Assembly: GCA_965364245.1 (NCBI GenBank)
Contig: CBDTVS010000001.1
Span: 1 to 34,819, forward strand
DNA: 34,819 nucleotides
Reading direction: 5' to 3'
Origin: an uncultured Gammaproteobacteria bacterium
GTDB taxonomy: Bacteria > Pseudomonadota > Gammaproteobacteria > QNFN01
Shown piece by piece: positions 1 through 8,202 of this stretch; the stretch's first letter is position 1, and each line of letters opens with the position of its first letter. The notes beneath the pieces were generated by a model, which had not been told where the DNA came from, ran no database searches, and saw nothing but the letters and a program-made list of their open reading frames with translations. The position numbers and the translations under genes are program-made.

Positions 1-1148
1 TCGGCCAGCAGCCGGTCGGCGTAGCGCACCAGCAGCGGGGTCAACGCCATGCTCAGCGCCACCACCAGGATCGCGCGTTGGAACAGCAGGGCCTCTAGCA
101 GTCCGGCGTGATAGGCGACGCCGAACAGCACGAAGCCGAACTCGCCGCCCTGGGCCATGAACAGCGCCACCGCCTTGGCCGACGCGCCGCGCAGCCCGGC
201 GGCCAGCGCCAGCGGCCAGAGGATCACCGCCTTGACCACCAGCAGGACGACTAGCCAGAGCACCACCTGGGGCAGATCGTCTACCAGGCCGCCGAAGTCG
301 ATCACCATGCCCACCGACATGAAGAACAGGCCGAGCAGCAGGCCGCGGAACGGCAGGATGTCGGCCACCACCTGGTGGCGGTACTCCGAATCGGCGATCA
401 GCAGCCCGGCGATGAACGCACCCATCGCCATCGACAGGCCGGCCTCCTCCATGATCAGCGCGGTGCCGAGCACCAGCAGCAGAGCCGAGGCGGTGAACAC
501 CTCGCTGTTGCGGCTGGAGGCCACGTGGCGGAACAGCGGTCCGAGCAGGTAGCGTCCAGCGAGCAGTACAGCACCGAAGATGGCCGCCGACTCGAGCAGC
601 GCGACGCCGACGTTGAGGCCGAGCTGGCGCTCGGGGTCGCCGAGCAACGGCACCAGCGCCAGCAGCGGCACCACGGCCAGGTCCTGCAGCAGCAGGATCG
701 CGAACGACAGCCGGCCGTGGTGGCTGGCCAGTTCGTTGCGTTCGGCGAGCACCTGCAGCACGAACGCGGTCGAGGAGAGCGCCAGCGCAGAACCGAGCAG
801 CAACGGCACCGGTGGAGGCAGGCCGGCCAGGCGGCCGAGGCCGGTCAGCACGAGCGTCGTGATCAGCACCTGCGCGAGGCCGAAGCCGAACACCTGCTTG
901 CGCATGCGCCACAGGCGCGAGGGTTTCAACTCGATGCCGATCAGGAACAGCAGGAAGACGATGCCGAACTCGGCGAGGTGCTGGATCGCCTCGACGTCGG
1001 TAATCAGGCCCAGACCCCACGGCCCGATCAGCACCCCGGCGGCGAGGAAGCCGAGCACGCTGCCGAGGCCCAGGCGCTGGAAGACCGGCACCAGGACTAC
1101 GGCGCTAGCGAGCAGGATCAGGATCTCGAGGAGGGGGCTGGGATTCAC
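1..1148 (-). CDS. CPA2-family monovalent cation:proton antiporter (KefB/KefC-like), N-terminal membrane domain; the 3' end runs off the window
   Basis: Absent from the ORF track because no stop codon lies in the window. My own minus-strand translation from GTG at 1148-1146 gives VNPSPLLEILILLASAVVLVPVFQRLGLGSVLGFLAAGVLIGPWGLGLI...LLLQDLAVVPLLALVPLL...AQGGEFGFVLF. This is an uninterrupted multi-TM frame typical of Kef/CPA2 exchangers. The + strand ORFs listed here (375..1262, 580..1179) are Arg/Gln/Ala-rich antisense artefacts. Confidence 0.85.
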   Translation of the reverse strand, partial: MNPSPLLEILILLASAVVLVPVFQRLGLGSVLGFLAAGVLIGPWGLGLITDVEAIQHLAEFGIVFLLFLIGIELKPSRLWRMRKQVFGFGLAQVLITTLVLTGLGRLAGLPPPVPLLLGSALALSSTAFVLQVLAERNELASHHGRLSFAILLLQDLAVVPLLALVPLLGDPERQLGLNVGVALLESAAIFGAVLLAGRYLLGPLFRHVASSRNSEVFTASALLLVLGTALIMEEAGLSMAMGAFIAGLLIADSEYRHQVVADILPFRGLLLGLFFMSVGMVIDFGGLVDDLPQVVLWLVVLLVVKAVILWPLALAAGLRGASAKAVALFMAQGGEFGFVLFGVAYHAGLLEALLFQRAILVVALSMALTPLLVRYADRLLA

Positions 1149-1177
1149 ACGACGGCTCCATCTCTTCGTCCGATTCT

Positions 1178-1206
1178 AACGCGCCCTGCAACTGACGTGG
1201 CGCGTT
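1178..1206. promoter_or_regulatory. Perfect 8-bp inverted repeat (AACGCGCC-N13-GGCGCGTT) in the divergent kef-like / yjgR-like intergenic region; possible operator
   Basis: Read directly: aacgcgcc at 1178-1185 and ggcgcgtt at 1199-1206, between two divergently transcribed genes. No cognate regulator identified. Confidence 0.2.
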
Positions 1207-1258
1207 GCAAATCCCCCCATGCTGGCCAACACTTCGCGGACGCAAGAGAGGGTATGAC

Positions 1259-2740
1259 ATGACCGACAACCTGATTCTGCTCGGCGGTGGCGATACTGGC
1301 ACGGTGCAGCTCGACGCTGGCATGGCCAACCGGCACGGCCTGGTCGCCGGCGCCACCGGCACGGGCAAGACCGTGACCCTACAGGTGCTCGCCGAGGGTT
1401 TTTCGCGCATCGGCGTCCCGGTGTTCCTCGCCGACGTCAAGGGCGACCTCTCGGGGCTCGCCGAACCGGCCCGCCCGCACCCGAAGATCGACGAGCGCGT
1501 CACCCGGATCGGCATCGACGACTACCGTGCCGAGGGCAGCCCGACGCTGTTCTGGGATCTCGCCGGCGCCAAGGGTCACCCGATTCGTGCCACCGTCTCG
1601 GAGCTCGGACCGCTGCTGCTGTCGAACCTGTTCGAGCTCAACGAGACGCAGAGCGGCATCCTCTATGCGGCCTTCCGCATCGCCGATGACCAGGGGCTGC
1701 TGCTGCTTGACCTCAAGGACCTGCGCGCGTTGCTCAACTGGATGGGTGAGAACGCCAAGACGCTGCGCTCCGCGTACGGCAACATCTCGACGGCCAGCCT
1801 CGGCGCCATCCAGCGCCGCCTGCTGGTACTCGAGCAGGAGGGCGGCGCCGATTTTCTCGCCGAGCCGGCGGTGCAGCTGGGCGACCTGATGCAGCGCGAC
1901 TTCTCGGGGCGCGGGGTGATCAGCCTGCTCGACGTCAGCCGCCTGGTGCACGAGGCGCCGCGCCTCTACGCGACGTTCCTGCTGTGGCTGCTCTCGGAGC
2001 TGTTCGAAAACCTGCCGGAGGTCGGCGACGCCGACCGCCCGAAGCTGGTGTTCTTCTTCGACGAGGCGCACCTGCTGTTCAACGGCGCACCGAAGGCGCT
2101 GGTCGACAAGATCGAGCAGGTGGTGCGCCTGATCCGCTCCAAGGGGGTTGGCGTCTTCTTCGTCACCCAGAGCCCACTCGATCTGCCCGACGCGGTGCTC
2201 GGCCAGCTCGGCATGAAGATCCAGCACGCGCTGCGTGCCTTCACGCCGAAGGACCGCAAGGCGATCCGCGCGGTCGCCGACAGCTTTCCCGACAACCCGG
2301 CGCTCGACACGCGAACGCTGCTGACCGAACTCGGTGTCGGCGAGGCGCTGGTTTCGGTGCTCGACACCAAGGGGCGGCCGACGCCGGTGCAGAGAACGCT
2401 GCTCTGCCCACCGCGTTCGCGGATCGGGCCGCTGACCGACAGCGAACGCAGTGACCTGCTGGCGCGGTCGCCACTGGCAGGGCGCTACGACAAGGCCGTC
2501 GACCGCGAATCGGCGCACGAGCTGCTGACCGCCCGCGCGCGGGAATCCCTCGCCGCGGAGCAGGCCGCCGAATCGGCTAAATCGAGGACGCCTGCGCGAC
2601 GGACGTCGAATCGCCAGTCCTACGCCGAGGCGGCGATCAAGAGCGCGGTGCGCTCGGTCAGCAGCACCGTCGGTCGCTCCCTTGGGCGCCAGATCGTCCG
2701 CGGGCTGCTCGGTGGCCTGTTCGGCGGACAGCGGCGCTGA
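1259..2740 (+). CDS. yjgR: HerA-like helicase/ATPase domain protein, DUF853 family (YjgR-like P-loop NTPase)
   Basis: ORF 1205..2740 trimmed to the ATG at 1259, which is preceded by agagaggg. The N-terminus LILLGGGDTGTVQLDAGMANRHGLVAGATGTGKTVTLQVLAEGFSRIGVPVFLADVKGDLSGL carries a Walker A (GATGTGKT). FFFDEAHLLF is the Walker B. The basic C-terminal tail is typical of YjgR/DUF853. Confidence 0.9.
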   Translation: MTDNLILLGGGDTGTVQLDAGMANRHGLVAGATGTGKTVTLQVLAEGFSRIGVPVFLADVKGDLSGLAEPARPHPKIDERVTRIGIDDYRAEGSPTLFWDLAGAKGHPIRATVSELGPLLLSNLFELNETQSGILYAAFRIADDQGLLLLDLKDLRALLNWMGENAKTLRSAYGNISTASLGAIQRRLLVLEQEGGADFLAEPAVQLGDLMQRDFSGRGVISLLDVSRLVHEAPRLYATFLLWLLSELFENLPEVGDADRPKLVFFFDEAHLLFNGAPKALVDKIEQVVRLIRSKGVGVFFVTQSPLDLPDAVLGQLGMKIQHALRAFTPKDRKAIRAVADSFPDNPALDTRTLLTELGVGEALVSVLDTKGRPTPVQRTLLCPPRSRIGPLTDSERSDLLARSPLAGRYDKAVDRESAHELLTARARESLAAEQAAESAKSRTPARRTSNRQSYAEAAIKSAVRSVSSTVGRSLGRQIVRGLLGGLFGGQRR

Positions 2741-2752
2741 GGCACCGCTGAC

Positions 2753-4096
2753 ATGACGGAGGACCTCGTCTCACGCGCGCGCGTCTACGGCACCCATGCC
2801 CACCGGCGCATCGACCAGCAGCGCAAGTACACCCATCAGCCCTACGAGGTGCACCTCAAGGCGGTGTCGCAACTGCTCGGCGAGGTGACCGACGACCCGG
2901 CCATGATCGCCGCGGCCTGGCTGCACGACACCGTCGAGGACACCGAGGCGACCCTCGAGGACATCCGTAGCGAGTTCGGCGACCGTGTCGCGCAGCTGGT
3001 TGGCGAGCTCACCGACGTCAGCAAGCCGAGCGACGGCAACCGCGCGGTGCGCAAGGCGATCGACCGCGCCCACCTGGCCGGCGCGTCGCCCGACGCGAAG
3101 ACGGTCAAGCTCGCCGACCTGATCGACAACTGCCGCGACATCTGCACCCACGACAAGGGGTTCTGCAGGGTCTACCTCGGCGAGATGGCTGCGCTGCTCG
3201 GCGTGCTCGGCGACGGCGACCCGGTGCTGCTCGAGCGCGCGAAGAAGACCTGGCGCAAGCACGCGGCCGCTGTTGGCCTGCCTGCCGAGCTGCTCGAGGA
3301 CGACACCGCACACGGCATGCCCGTGGCGCCGGCCCTGGCCAACCGCGTGCCGCGGCTGTTCATCGACGCGTTCACCGCCGAGGCCGTCGCCGAGCCGTTG
3401 ACCTCGTTCGATGCCGAGCGGCGCGCACTGGCCGTGGCCGAGCAGTTCGCCAGCCGCCCGCGCACCGTGATCGGCATCCGCCGCGACGGGCGCATCGCCG
3501 GCTACGCTCTGCTCGCCGACCTGGTGCAGGGCACTTGCGGCGCCCACCTGCGCACGTTCCATCCCGGCCAGCTGCTGTCGGCCAGCGCGCCGTTCGCCGA
3601 CGTCATCCAGGTGCTGACCCGCCACAAGCAGGCGTTCGTCGAGGGGTTCGGTCAGGTCGGCGGCATCATCACCCGGCGCGACATGCAGAAGCCGGTGGTG
3701 CGCATGTGGCTGTTCGGCATCATCACGCTGACCGAGATGCGCCTGACCCAGCTGGTGCGCGAGCGTTTTCCCGAGTCGACCTGGAGCGGGCTGATGACAC
3801 CATCACGCCTGACCAAGGCCCAGGCGCTGAAGGCCGAGCGCGAGCGTCTCGGTCAGCAGCTGGAGCTGATCGACTGCCTGCAGCTCGGTGACAAGGCGCG
3901 CATCGTCATCAGTGATCCGACGCTGCTCGACCAGTTCGGTTTCGAATCGCGTGGCGCGGCGAAGCAGGTGATCAAGGAGTTCGAGTCGCTGCGCAACCAC
4001 CTCGCGCACGCGCAGGACATCGTCAGTCACCACTGGGCGCAGATCGCGCGTATGGCGCGACGGCTCGAGATGCAGTACGAACCTCCCGCCACCTAA
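2753..4096 (+). CDS. Fusion protein: N-terminal RelA/SpoT-type HD hydrolase domain (small-alarmone-hydrolase-like), CBS pair, C-terminal helical domain with an Rx4H HEPN-like motif
   Basis: 447-aa ORF starting 12 nt after the yjgR-like stop. HD region: YEVHLKAVSQLL...AAWLHDTVEDT...FGDRVAQLVGELTDVSK...KLADLIDNCRDI. Two CBS-like units: VIGIRRDGRIAGYALLADLV and VGGIITRRDMQK. C-terminus: CLQLGDKARIV...FESLRNHLAHAQDI, with R at 3992-3994 and H at 4007-4009. Confidence 0.85.
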   Translation: MTEDLVSRARVYGTHAHRRIDQQRKYTHQPYEVHLKAVSQLLGEVTDDPAMIAAAWLHDTVEDTEATLEDIRSEFGDRVAQLVGELTDVSKPSDGNRAVRKAIDRAHLAGASPDAKTVKLADLIDNCRDICTHDKGFCRVYLGEMAALLGVLGDGDPVLLERAKKTWRKHAAAVGLPAELLEDDTAHGMPVAPALANRVPRLFIDAFTAEAVAEPLTSFDAERRALAVAEQFASRPRTVIGIRRDGRIAGYALLADLVQGTCGAHLRTFHPGQLLSASAPFADVIQVLTRHKQAFVEGFGQVGGIITRRDMQKPVVRMWLFGIITLTEMRLTQLVRERFPESTWSGLMTPSRLTKAQALKAERERLGQQLELIDCLQLGDKARIVISDPTLLDQFGFESRGAAKQVIKEFESLRNHLAHAQDIVSHHWAQIARMARRLEMQYEPPAT

Positions 4097-4107
4097 AGTC
4101 GACCCGG

Positions 4108-4125
4108 CCCGGCGACTGAGCCGGG
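4108..4125 (+). terminator. GC-rich hairpin (cccggc-gactga-gccggg) 12 nt after the HD-CBS gene stop; weak intrinsic-terminator candidate with no U-tract
   Basis: 6-bp stem and 6-nt loop read directly; no downstream T-run, so support is weak. Confidence 0.2.
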
Positions 4126-4164
4126 GATACGCCAGATAATCAGGAAATCCATAGACGAGGAGAG

Positions 4165-4956
4165 ATGATGCACGCCGCACCAACCACCATGACTGGATTC
4201 GCCGCCATGTTGATCTTTACGTTGCTGACCGGCGTCCCGGTCGCGGGCCTGGCAGGCGAGGGTGGCATGGCCACGCTCGAGGGCCGGGTCTTCTACCGTG
4301 AGCGCATCGCGCTGCCGCCGAACGCCGAGATCAGCGTGCAGCTCGAGGACGTGGCGCGCGCCGACGCCCCGGCCATCGTCATCGCCAAGACAAGCTTCGG
4401 TCCCAAGGGCGGGCCGCCATGGGACTTCACGCTCGCCTACGACCCGCTGCAGCGCGATGCGCGCGGTCGCTACGTGATGCGTGCACGCATCGAGGTCGAC
4501 GGCCGGCTCTGGTTCACCAACACCGATTCGATCCCGGCCTTCGACGGCGACGGGACGGTGCAGGTGCTGGTGCGTCGGGTCGGCAGCGACCGTCCGGCCG
4601 TGACGCCCGCCGCGCGTCCACTGGTCGGCACCCGCTGGGTGCTGGTCGAGATCGACGGTCAGCCCGCTGGCTCGGGCGCGGACGGGCGTCCGGCCGATTT
4701 CCAGCTCGACGAGACGGGGCAGGCGGCCGGCTTCGGCGGCTGCAACCGCTTCGGTGGCGGCGTGACCGTCGAGGACGATCGCCTGGTCTTCGGGCCGATG
4801 ATGTCGACGATGATGGCGTGCGCCGAGGCCGAGCGGGTCGAACAGGCCTACCTCGCCAAGCTGGTTGGTCCTGTGCGCTACAGCATCAGCGGCGATGACC
4901 TGGTGCTCTACGGCGGCGACGACTCGCGGCCGGTGCTGCGCTTCCGCGCCGAGTAG
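4165..4956 (+). CDS. Secreted YbaY-like domain + META (HslJ-like) domain protein
   Basis: ATG preceded by gaggagag. The N-terminus has a hydrophobic signal-like segment. LEGRVFYRERIALPPNAEISVQLEDV is typical of the YbaY/YscW-like lipoprotein domain. GTRWVLVEIDGQP...GFGGCNRFGG...MMSTMMAC is typical of the META domain. Confidence 0.85.
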   Translation: MMHAAPTTMTGFAAMLIFTLLTGVPVAGLAGEGGMATLEGRVFYRERIALPPNAEISVQLEDVARADAPAIVIAKTSFGPKGGPPWDFTLAYDPLQRDARGRYVMRARIEVDGRLWFTNTDSIPAFDGDGTVQVLVRRVGSDRPAVTPAARPLVGTRWVLVEIDGQPAGSGADGRPADFQLDETGQAAGFGGCNRFGGGVTVEDDRLVFGPMMSTMMACAEAERVEQAYLAKLVGPVRYSISGDDLVLYGGDDSRPVLRFRAE

Positions 4957-4983
4957 ACGTCAGTACATCACGCGTTGGGCGGC

Positions 4984-5029
4984 GCTCCTACAGGGGATCA
5001 CCATGTTGTAGGAGCGGCCCCCAGGCCGC
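4984..5029. repeat. REP-like extragenic palindromic element in a convergent intergenic region
   Basis: gctcctaca (4984-4992) pairs with tgtaggagc (5007-5015), a 9-bp stem. A second hairpin, gcggcc-ccca-ggccgc (5014-5029), follows immediately. The layout GTAGGAGC + GC hairpin + GATTC resembles Pseudomonas-type REP units (from memory, not searched). Confidence 0.35.
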
Positions 5030-5043
5030 GATTCGACAGACGC

Positions 5044-6270
5044 TCAGTCGTCGCTCTCGCCCGGCTTGTAGAGCGCCTCGCGACCGAGTCGCTCGAGACA
5101 GATCTCGGCACTCCACGGGAACATCAGCGCGCCGCAGCGCGCGTCGCGGTACATGCGCTCCAGCGGCAGGCTCTTGAGCATCGAGCGGCCGCCGCCGGGG
5201 CGGATCGCCAGCCGACAGATGTCGACCACGCCCTCCATGACCGTGTACTGCGCCGCGTAGGCGCGCTGGCGTGCCGCGTGCGACGGGTCGGGCCCGAACT
5301 CGCCGATCGCACGCAACCAGAGTGCACGCATCTGTTCGAGCTGCAGCGCCATCTGCGCCACGGTCTGCTGCTTGACCGGGTGCATGCGCGACGGGCGCGT
5401 GCCCGGCACCTCGCCGCGCAGGTAGGCGACGGTGAAGTCGTAGGCGCCCTGCGCGACGCCCATGTAGGTCGCGCTGAGCGTCATGAACATGTGCGGCACG
5501 TGGCGCGCGGCGAGGTGGTAGGTGCCGCGCGGCATCAGCTGCGCCTCGTCGGGCACGAACACGTCCTTGAGCAGAAGCGTGCGCGACACCGTGCCGCGCA
5601 TGCCGAGCGGATCCCAGTCGCCGACCACCGAGAAGCCCTCGGTGCCGTCGGGGACCGCGATGTAGAGTGTGTTCTCGCGGCTGGCGTCGATGCCCTCCTC
5701 GGTGGCGAGGATGCCGTAGTGCGTCGCGGCGCCCGACAGCGAGGCGAAGATCTTGCGCCCGTTGAGCAGCCAGCCGCCCTCGACCTTGCGCGCGCTGGTG
5801 CCGAACGGCGCCTTGCCCGACGCGGCCATGTTGCCCTCGGAGAAGGTCTGCGCGTAGAGCGCGCCGTCGTTGACGATGTTGGCGTAGTGCAGCGTGCGCA
5901 GCTGCTCGAGCTCCTCGCGCTGTTCGTCGCTGAGCCCGAGGGCGTCGAGCATGTCGCCGATCCATAGCGTCGTGCTGGCGTGCATGTTGAAGCTCAACGC
6001 CGTCGCGCCGCAGCCTCGGGCCAGTTCGGCCGAGACCATCATGTAGGTCGCGTAGTCGTGGCCGGGACCGCCGAAACGGGTCGGCACGCACATCACGTGG
6101 ATGCCCGAGTCGCGCAGGTCGGCGTAGTTCTCGTGCGGGTTGCGCGCCTCGCGGTCGATCTCCTCGGCGCGGGGTGCCAGGCGCTCGTCGGCGAGTGTGG
6201 CGGCGAGGTCGACGATGGCGCGACGGCTCTCATCCAGGGGCAGGTCGGCGTAGCGTTCGGCAGCGGACAT
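5044..6270 (-). CDS. Acyl-CoA dehydrogenase-fold flavoprotein
   Basis: ORF 5044..6408 trimmed to the ATG at 6270 (MSAAERYADLPL...). That start overlaps the upstream gene's TGA by 1 nt (TGATG). The sequence is ACAD-family throughout (GGWLLNGRKIFASLSG, DWDPLGMRGTVS, ERMYRDARCG). The discarded 46-aa N-terminal extension is Arg-rich. Confidence 0.9.
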   Translation of the reverse strand: MSAAERYADLPLDESRRAIVDLAATLADERLAPRAEEIDREARNPHENYADLRDSGIHVMCVPTRFGGPGHDYATYMMVSAELARGCGATALSFNMHASTTLWIGDMLDALGLSDEQREELEQLRTLHYANIVNDGALYAQTFSEGNMAASGKAPFGTSARKVEGGWLLNGRKIFASLSGAATHYGILATEEGIDASRENTLYIAVPDGTEGFSVVGDWDPLGMRGTVSRTLLLKDVFVPDEAQLMPRGTYHLAARHVPHMFMTLSATYMGVAQGAYDFTVAYLRGEVPGTRPSRMHPVKQQTVAQMALQLEQMRALWLRAIGEFGPDPSHAARQRAYAAQYTVMEGVVDICRLAIRPGGGRSMLKSLPLERMYRDARCGALMFPWSAEICLERLGREALYKPGESDD

Positions 6271-7064
6271 CACGCGGCGTCTCCTTGGCTCTCGACCCCG
6301 GCGAGGAAGTCGAGCAGTAGCGGGTTGAGTCGTTCGGGGCACTCGAGACCGAGCCAGTGACCGGTGCCTTCTAGCACCTCGAGGCGCGCGCCGGGCAGCG
6401 CGTCGCACAGGCGGCGCATCCCCTCAAGCGGCGCCATCGGGTCCATGTCGCCACCGACCAGCAGCGCCGGCACGTGCAGCCCCGGCAGGCGCTCGAGCAC
6501 GTCGAAGGTGGCGAGCATGCCGAGCGCGGCGCGGTAGGTCGCCTCCGGCACCGCGGCGAGCGCGGCGTACGCCAGGTCGCGGTGCGCAGGGTCGACCGGT
6601 CCGGCGAACAGCCGCGGCAGCGCGTCGTCGGCGATGTCTGCCATGGCCCGGCCGGCGTCCAGCGGCGCCAGGCGCTCGGCGACGAATCGCTGCTGCCAAC
6701 TCCCGCCCGGCGGGCCGAAGCGGCCGCTCGCCGCGAGCAGCACCAGCGAGCGCACCCGTTCGGGGTGGGCGAGGGCAAACTCCTGCGCGACCATGGCGCC
6801 CAGCGAGTGACCGACGAGGTGCGCAGCGTCGAGACCGTGCGCGTCGAGCAGGGCGGCCAGCGCGTCGCTGACCGCGGCGAAGGTCATCTCCGGCAGCGGG
6901 GCCGAGCGGCCGTAGCCGGGCATCTCCCAGGCCAACACGCGGTGGCGAGCGGAGAGGGCGTCGAGCTGCGGCCGCCACGATTCGGCGTTGCCGCCGAGGC
7001 CGTGCAGCAGCACGACCGCGGTCCCGTGGCTGCCCGCGCGCAGCGCGAACGGCACGTCGTTCAC
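6270..7064 (-). CDS. Alpha/beta-fold hydrolase
   Basis: Listed ORF 6270..7568 trimmed to the GTG at 7064. That start overlaps the upstream gene's stop (GTGA, 7064-7061). HGLGGN oxyanion motif, GHSLGA nucleophile elbow, C-terminal GTGHW. Confidence 0.9.
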   Translation of the reverse strand: MNDVPFALRAGSHGTAVVLLHGLGGNAESWRPQLDALSARHRVLAWEMPGYGRSAPLPEMTFAAVSDALAALLDAHGLDAAHLVGHSLGAMVAQEFALAHPERVRSLVLLAASGRFGPPGGSWQQRFVAERLAPLDAGRAMADIADDALPRLFAGPVDPAHRDLAYAALAAVPEATYRAALGMLATFDVLERLPGLHVPALLVGGDMDPMAPLEGMRRLCDALPGARLEVLEGTGHWLGLECPERLNPLLLDFLAGVESQGDAA

Positions 7065-8107
7065 GCGAGCTCGCCCTGCAGTTTGCCGTTGACCACGATC
7101 ATCTCGTCGTCGAGGCTGACGCTGCAGCCGCGCATCGGCAGGTCGAAGTGGCCGGCGGTGTGGCGTCCGGCGGTCTCGTTGGCGCCGGTCGAGTAGAGGA
7201 AGTTGCCGGCGAACGCGCGCAGCTCGGTGCCGTTGGTGTCGGCCTTGTCGTAGAAGGCGAGCGCCTCCCAGCGCGCGGCCGGGTTCATGCCCCAGCCGAC
7301 GTGCGACACGGCATAGGCGTCGCGATCGTCCCATGCGGCGATGTAGCTGCGGAACAGCTCGGCGTCGAGGCCGTCGCCGTCGATGCCGATGATGTAGTCG
7401 TCGAGGATCTCGAGCCGCACCGGGCTCTCGACGTAGCGCTTGAAGGTGAGGTTGACGTCGCCCGGCGCGAGCACCAGCGTGCCGCGCACGCTGCCCTGCT
7501 CGGGGAAACAGAGGCAGAGCCCGGCCGGCCAGTGCGCGACCTGCCCCGGGCGGTCGGCGTAGCCCCATGCGGCACCGAGGGGTGCCGACGAGACGTCGAT
7601 GACGAGATCGGTGCCGGCCGGCGACGTGACCTGCATGACGTTCGCGGCCTTGAGCTTGCGCAACCCGAGCTTGACCTTGTCGGTCAGCTCCGGATCGGGC
7701 AGCAGCCGTTCAAGCGCATCGGGGTGCTCGTTGCTGACCATCAGCACCCGCGCGCCGTCGGCCAGCACGCGCGGCAGCTCGGCCGCGTGCAGCAGACCCT
7801 CGAGGGTCAGGTCGACGACCAGTTCGCTCGCGGCCAGCGCCGCGATCGCCGCGTCCTGGCCGGCCAGCGCCTGGCTCGCGCCGGTGGAGCGGACCGGAAC
7901 CGGGGCGGTCTGGCGTGGGGTCGGGACTGTGACCCGGCACCAGTTGGCGCCGAGACGCTCGAGGGCGAGTTCGGCGAGCACGACGTTGAGGTCACGCGAC
8001 TGGGTCTCGGCGAGCAGCGCGACGCGCGTGCCGGGTTCGACCTTGCTCAGTTCGAACACCCTGGTGAAGGTGTCGATCCACTTGCCTTCGATGCGGTCGC
8101 TGGACAT
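7061..8107 (-). CDS. NicX-like protein (2,5-dihydroxypyridine 5,6-dioxygenase / M29 aminopeptidase-T-fold family)
   Basis: 348 aa, close to the roughly 350 aa I recall for NicX. The family call is from memory of NicX-like sequences (SHVGWGMNP, TAGHFDLPMRG near the C-terminus) and was not searched. Confidence 0.65.
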   Translation of the reverse strand: MSSDRIEGKWIDTFTRVFELSKVEPGTRVALLAETQSRDLNVVLAELALERLGANWCRVTVPTPRQTAPVPVRSTGASQALAGQDAAIAALAASELVVDLTLEGLLHAAELPRVLADGARVLMVSNEHPDALERLLPDPELTDKVKLGLRKLKAANVMQVTSPAGTDLVIDVSSAPLGAAWGYADRPGQVAHWPAGLCLCFPEQGSVRGTLVLAPGDVNLTFKRYVESPVRLEILDDYIIGIDGDGLDAELFRSYIAAWDDRDAYAVSHVGWGMNPAARWEALAFYDKADTNGTELRAFAGNFLYSTGANETAGRHTAGHFDLPMRGCSVSLDDEMIVVNGKLQGELA

Positions 8108-8202
8108 CGCTGCGGTTCCTTGCCGGCACCGGCAGATGGGTCTGTTGCCGATACTAGCAGCGCGTCGGGATGAGCTGATTGACCCGCCGCAACGTCTGGG
8201 TG

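Noticed and set aside
375-2518. ORFs 375..1262(+), 580..1179(+), 1379..2518(-) and similar ones (2771..3625, 4975..5967, 4988..6091, 7148..8173, 6424..6978) that overlap the called genes.
   Set aside because: They have Arg/Ala/Gln/Pro-rich low-information translations opposite genes with strong family signatures. These are high-GC antisense artefacts.
6270-7568. The 432-aa ORF treated as one gene, and the N-terminal extensions of ORFs 5044..6408, 10329..10865, 12643..14715, 31984..33429 and 1205..2740.
   Set aside because: The extensions are Arg/Pro-rich, overlap the upstream gene, and precede internal starts that give coupled junctions, signal peptides or RBS-like sequences. All were trimmed to the internal starts.
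8121-8134. A short palindrome, tgccgg-ca-ccggca, downstream of the ATPase gene, considered as a terminator.
   Set aside because: The loop is too small, there is no U-tract, and it overlaps the RBS region of the NicX-like gene. The evidence is insufficient.
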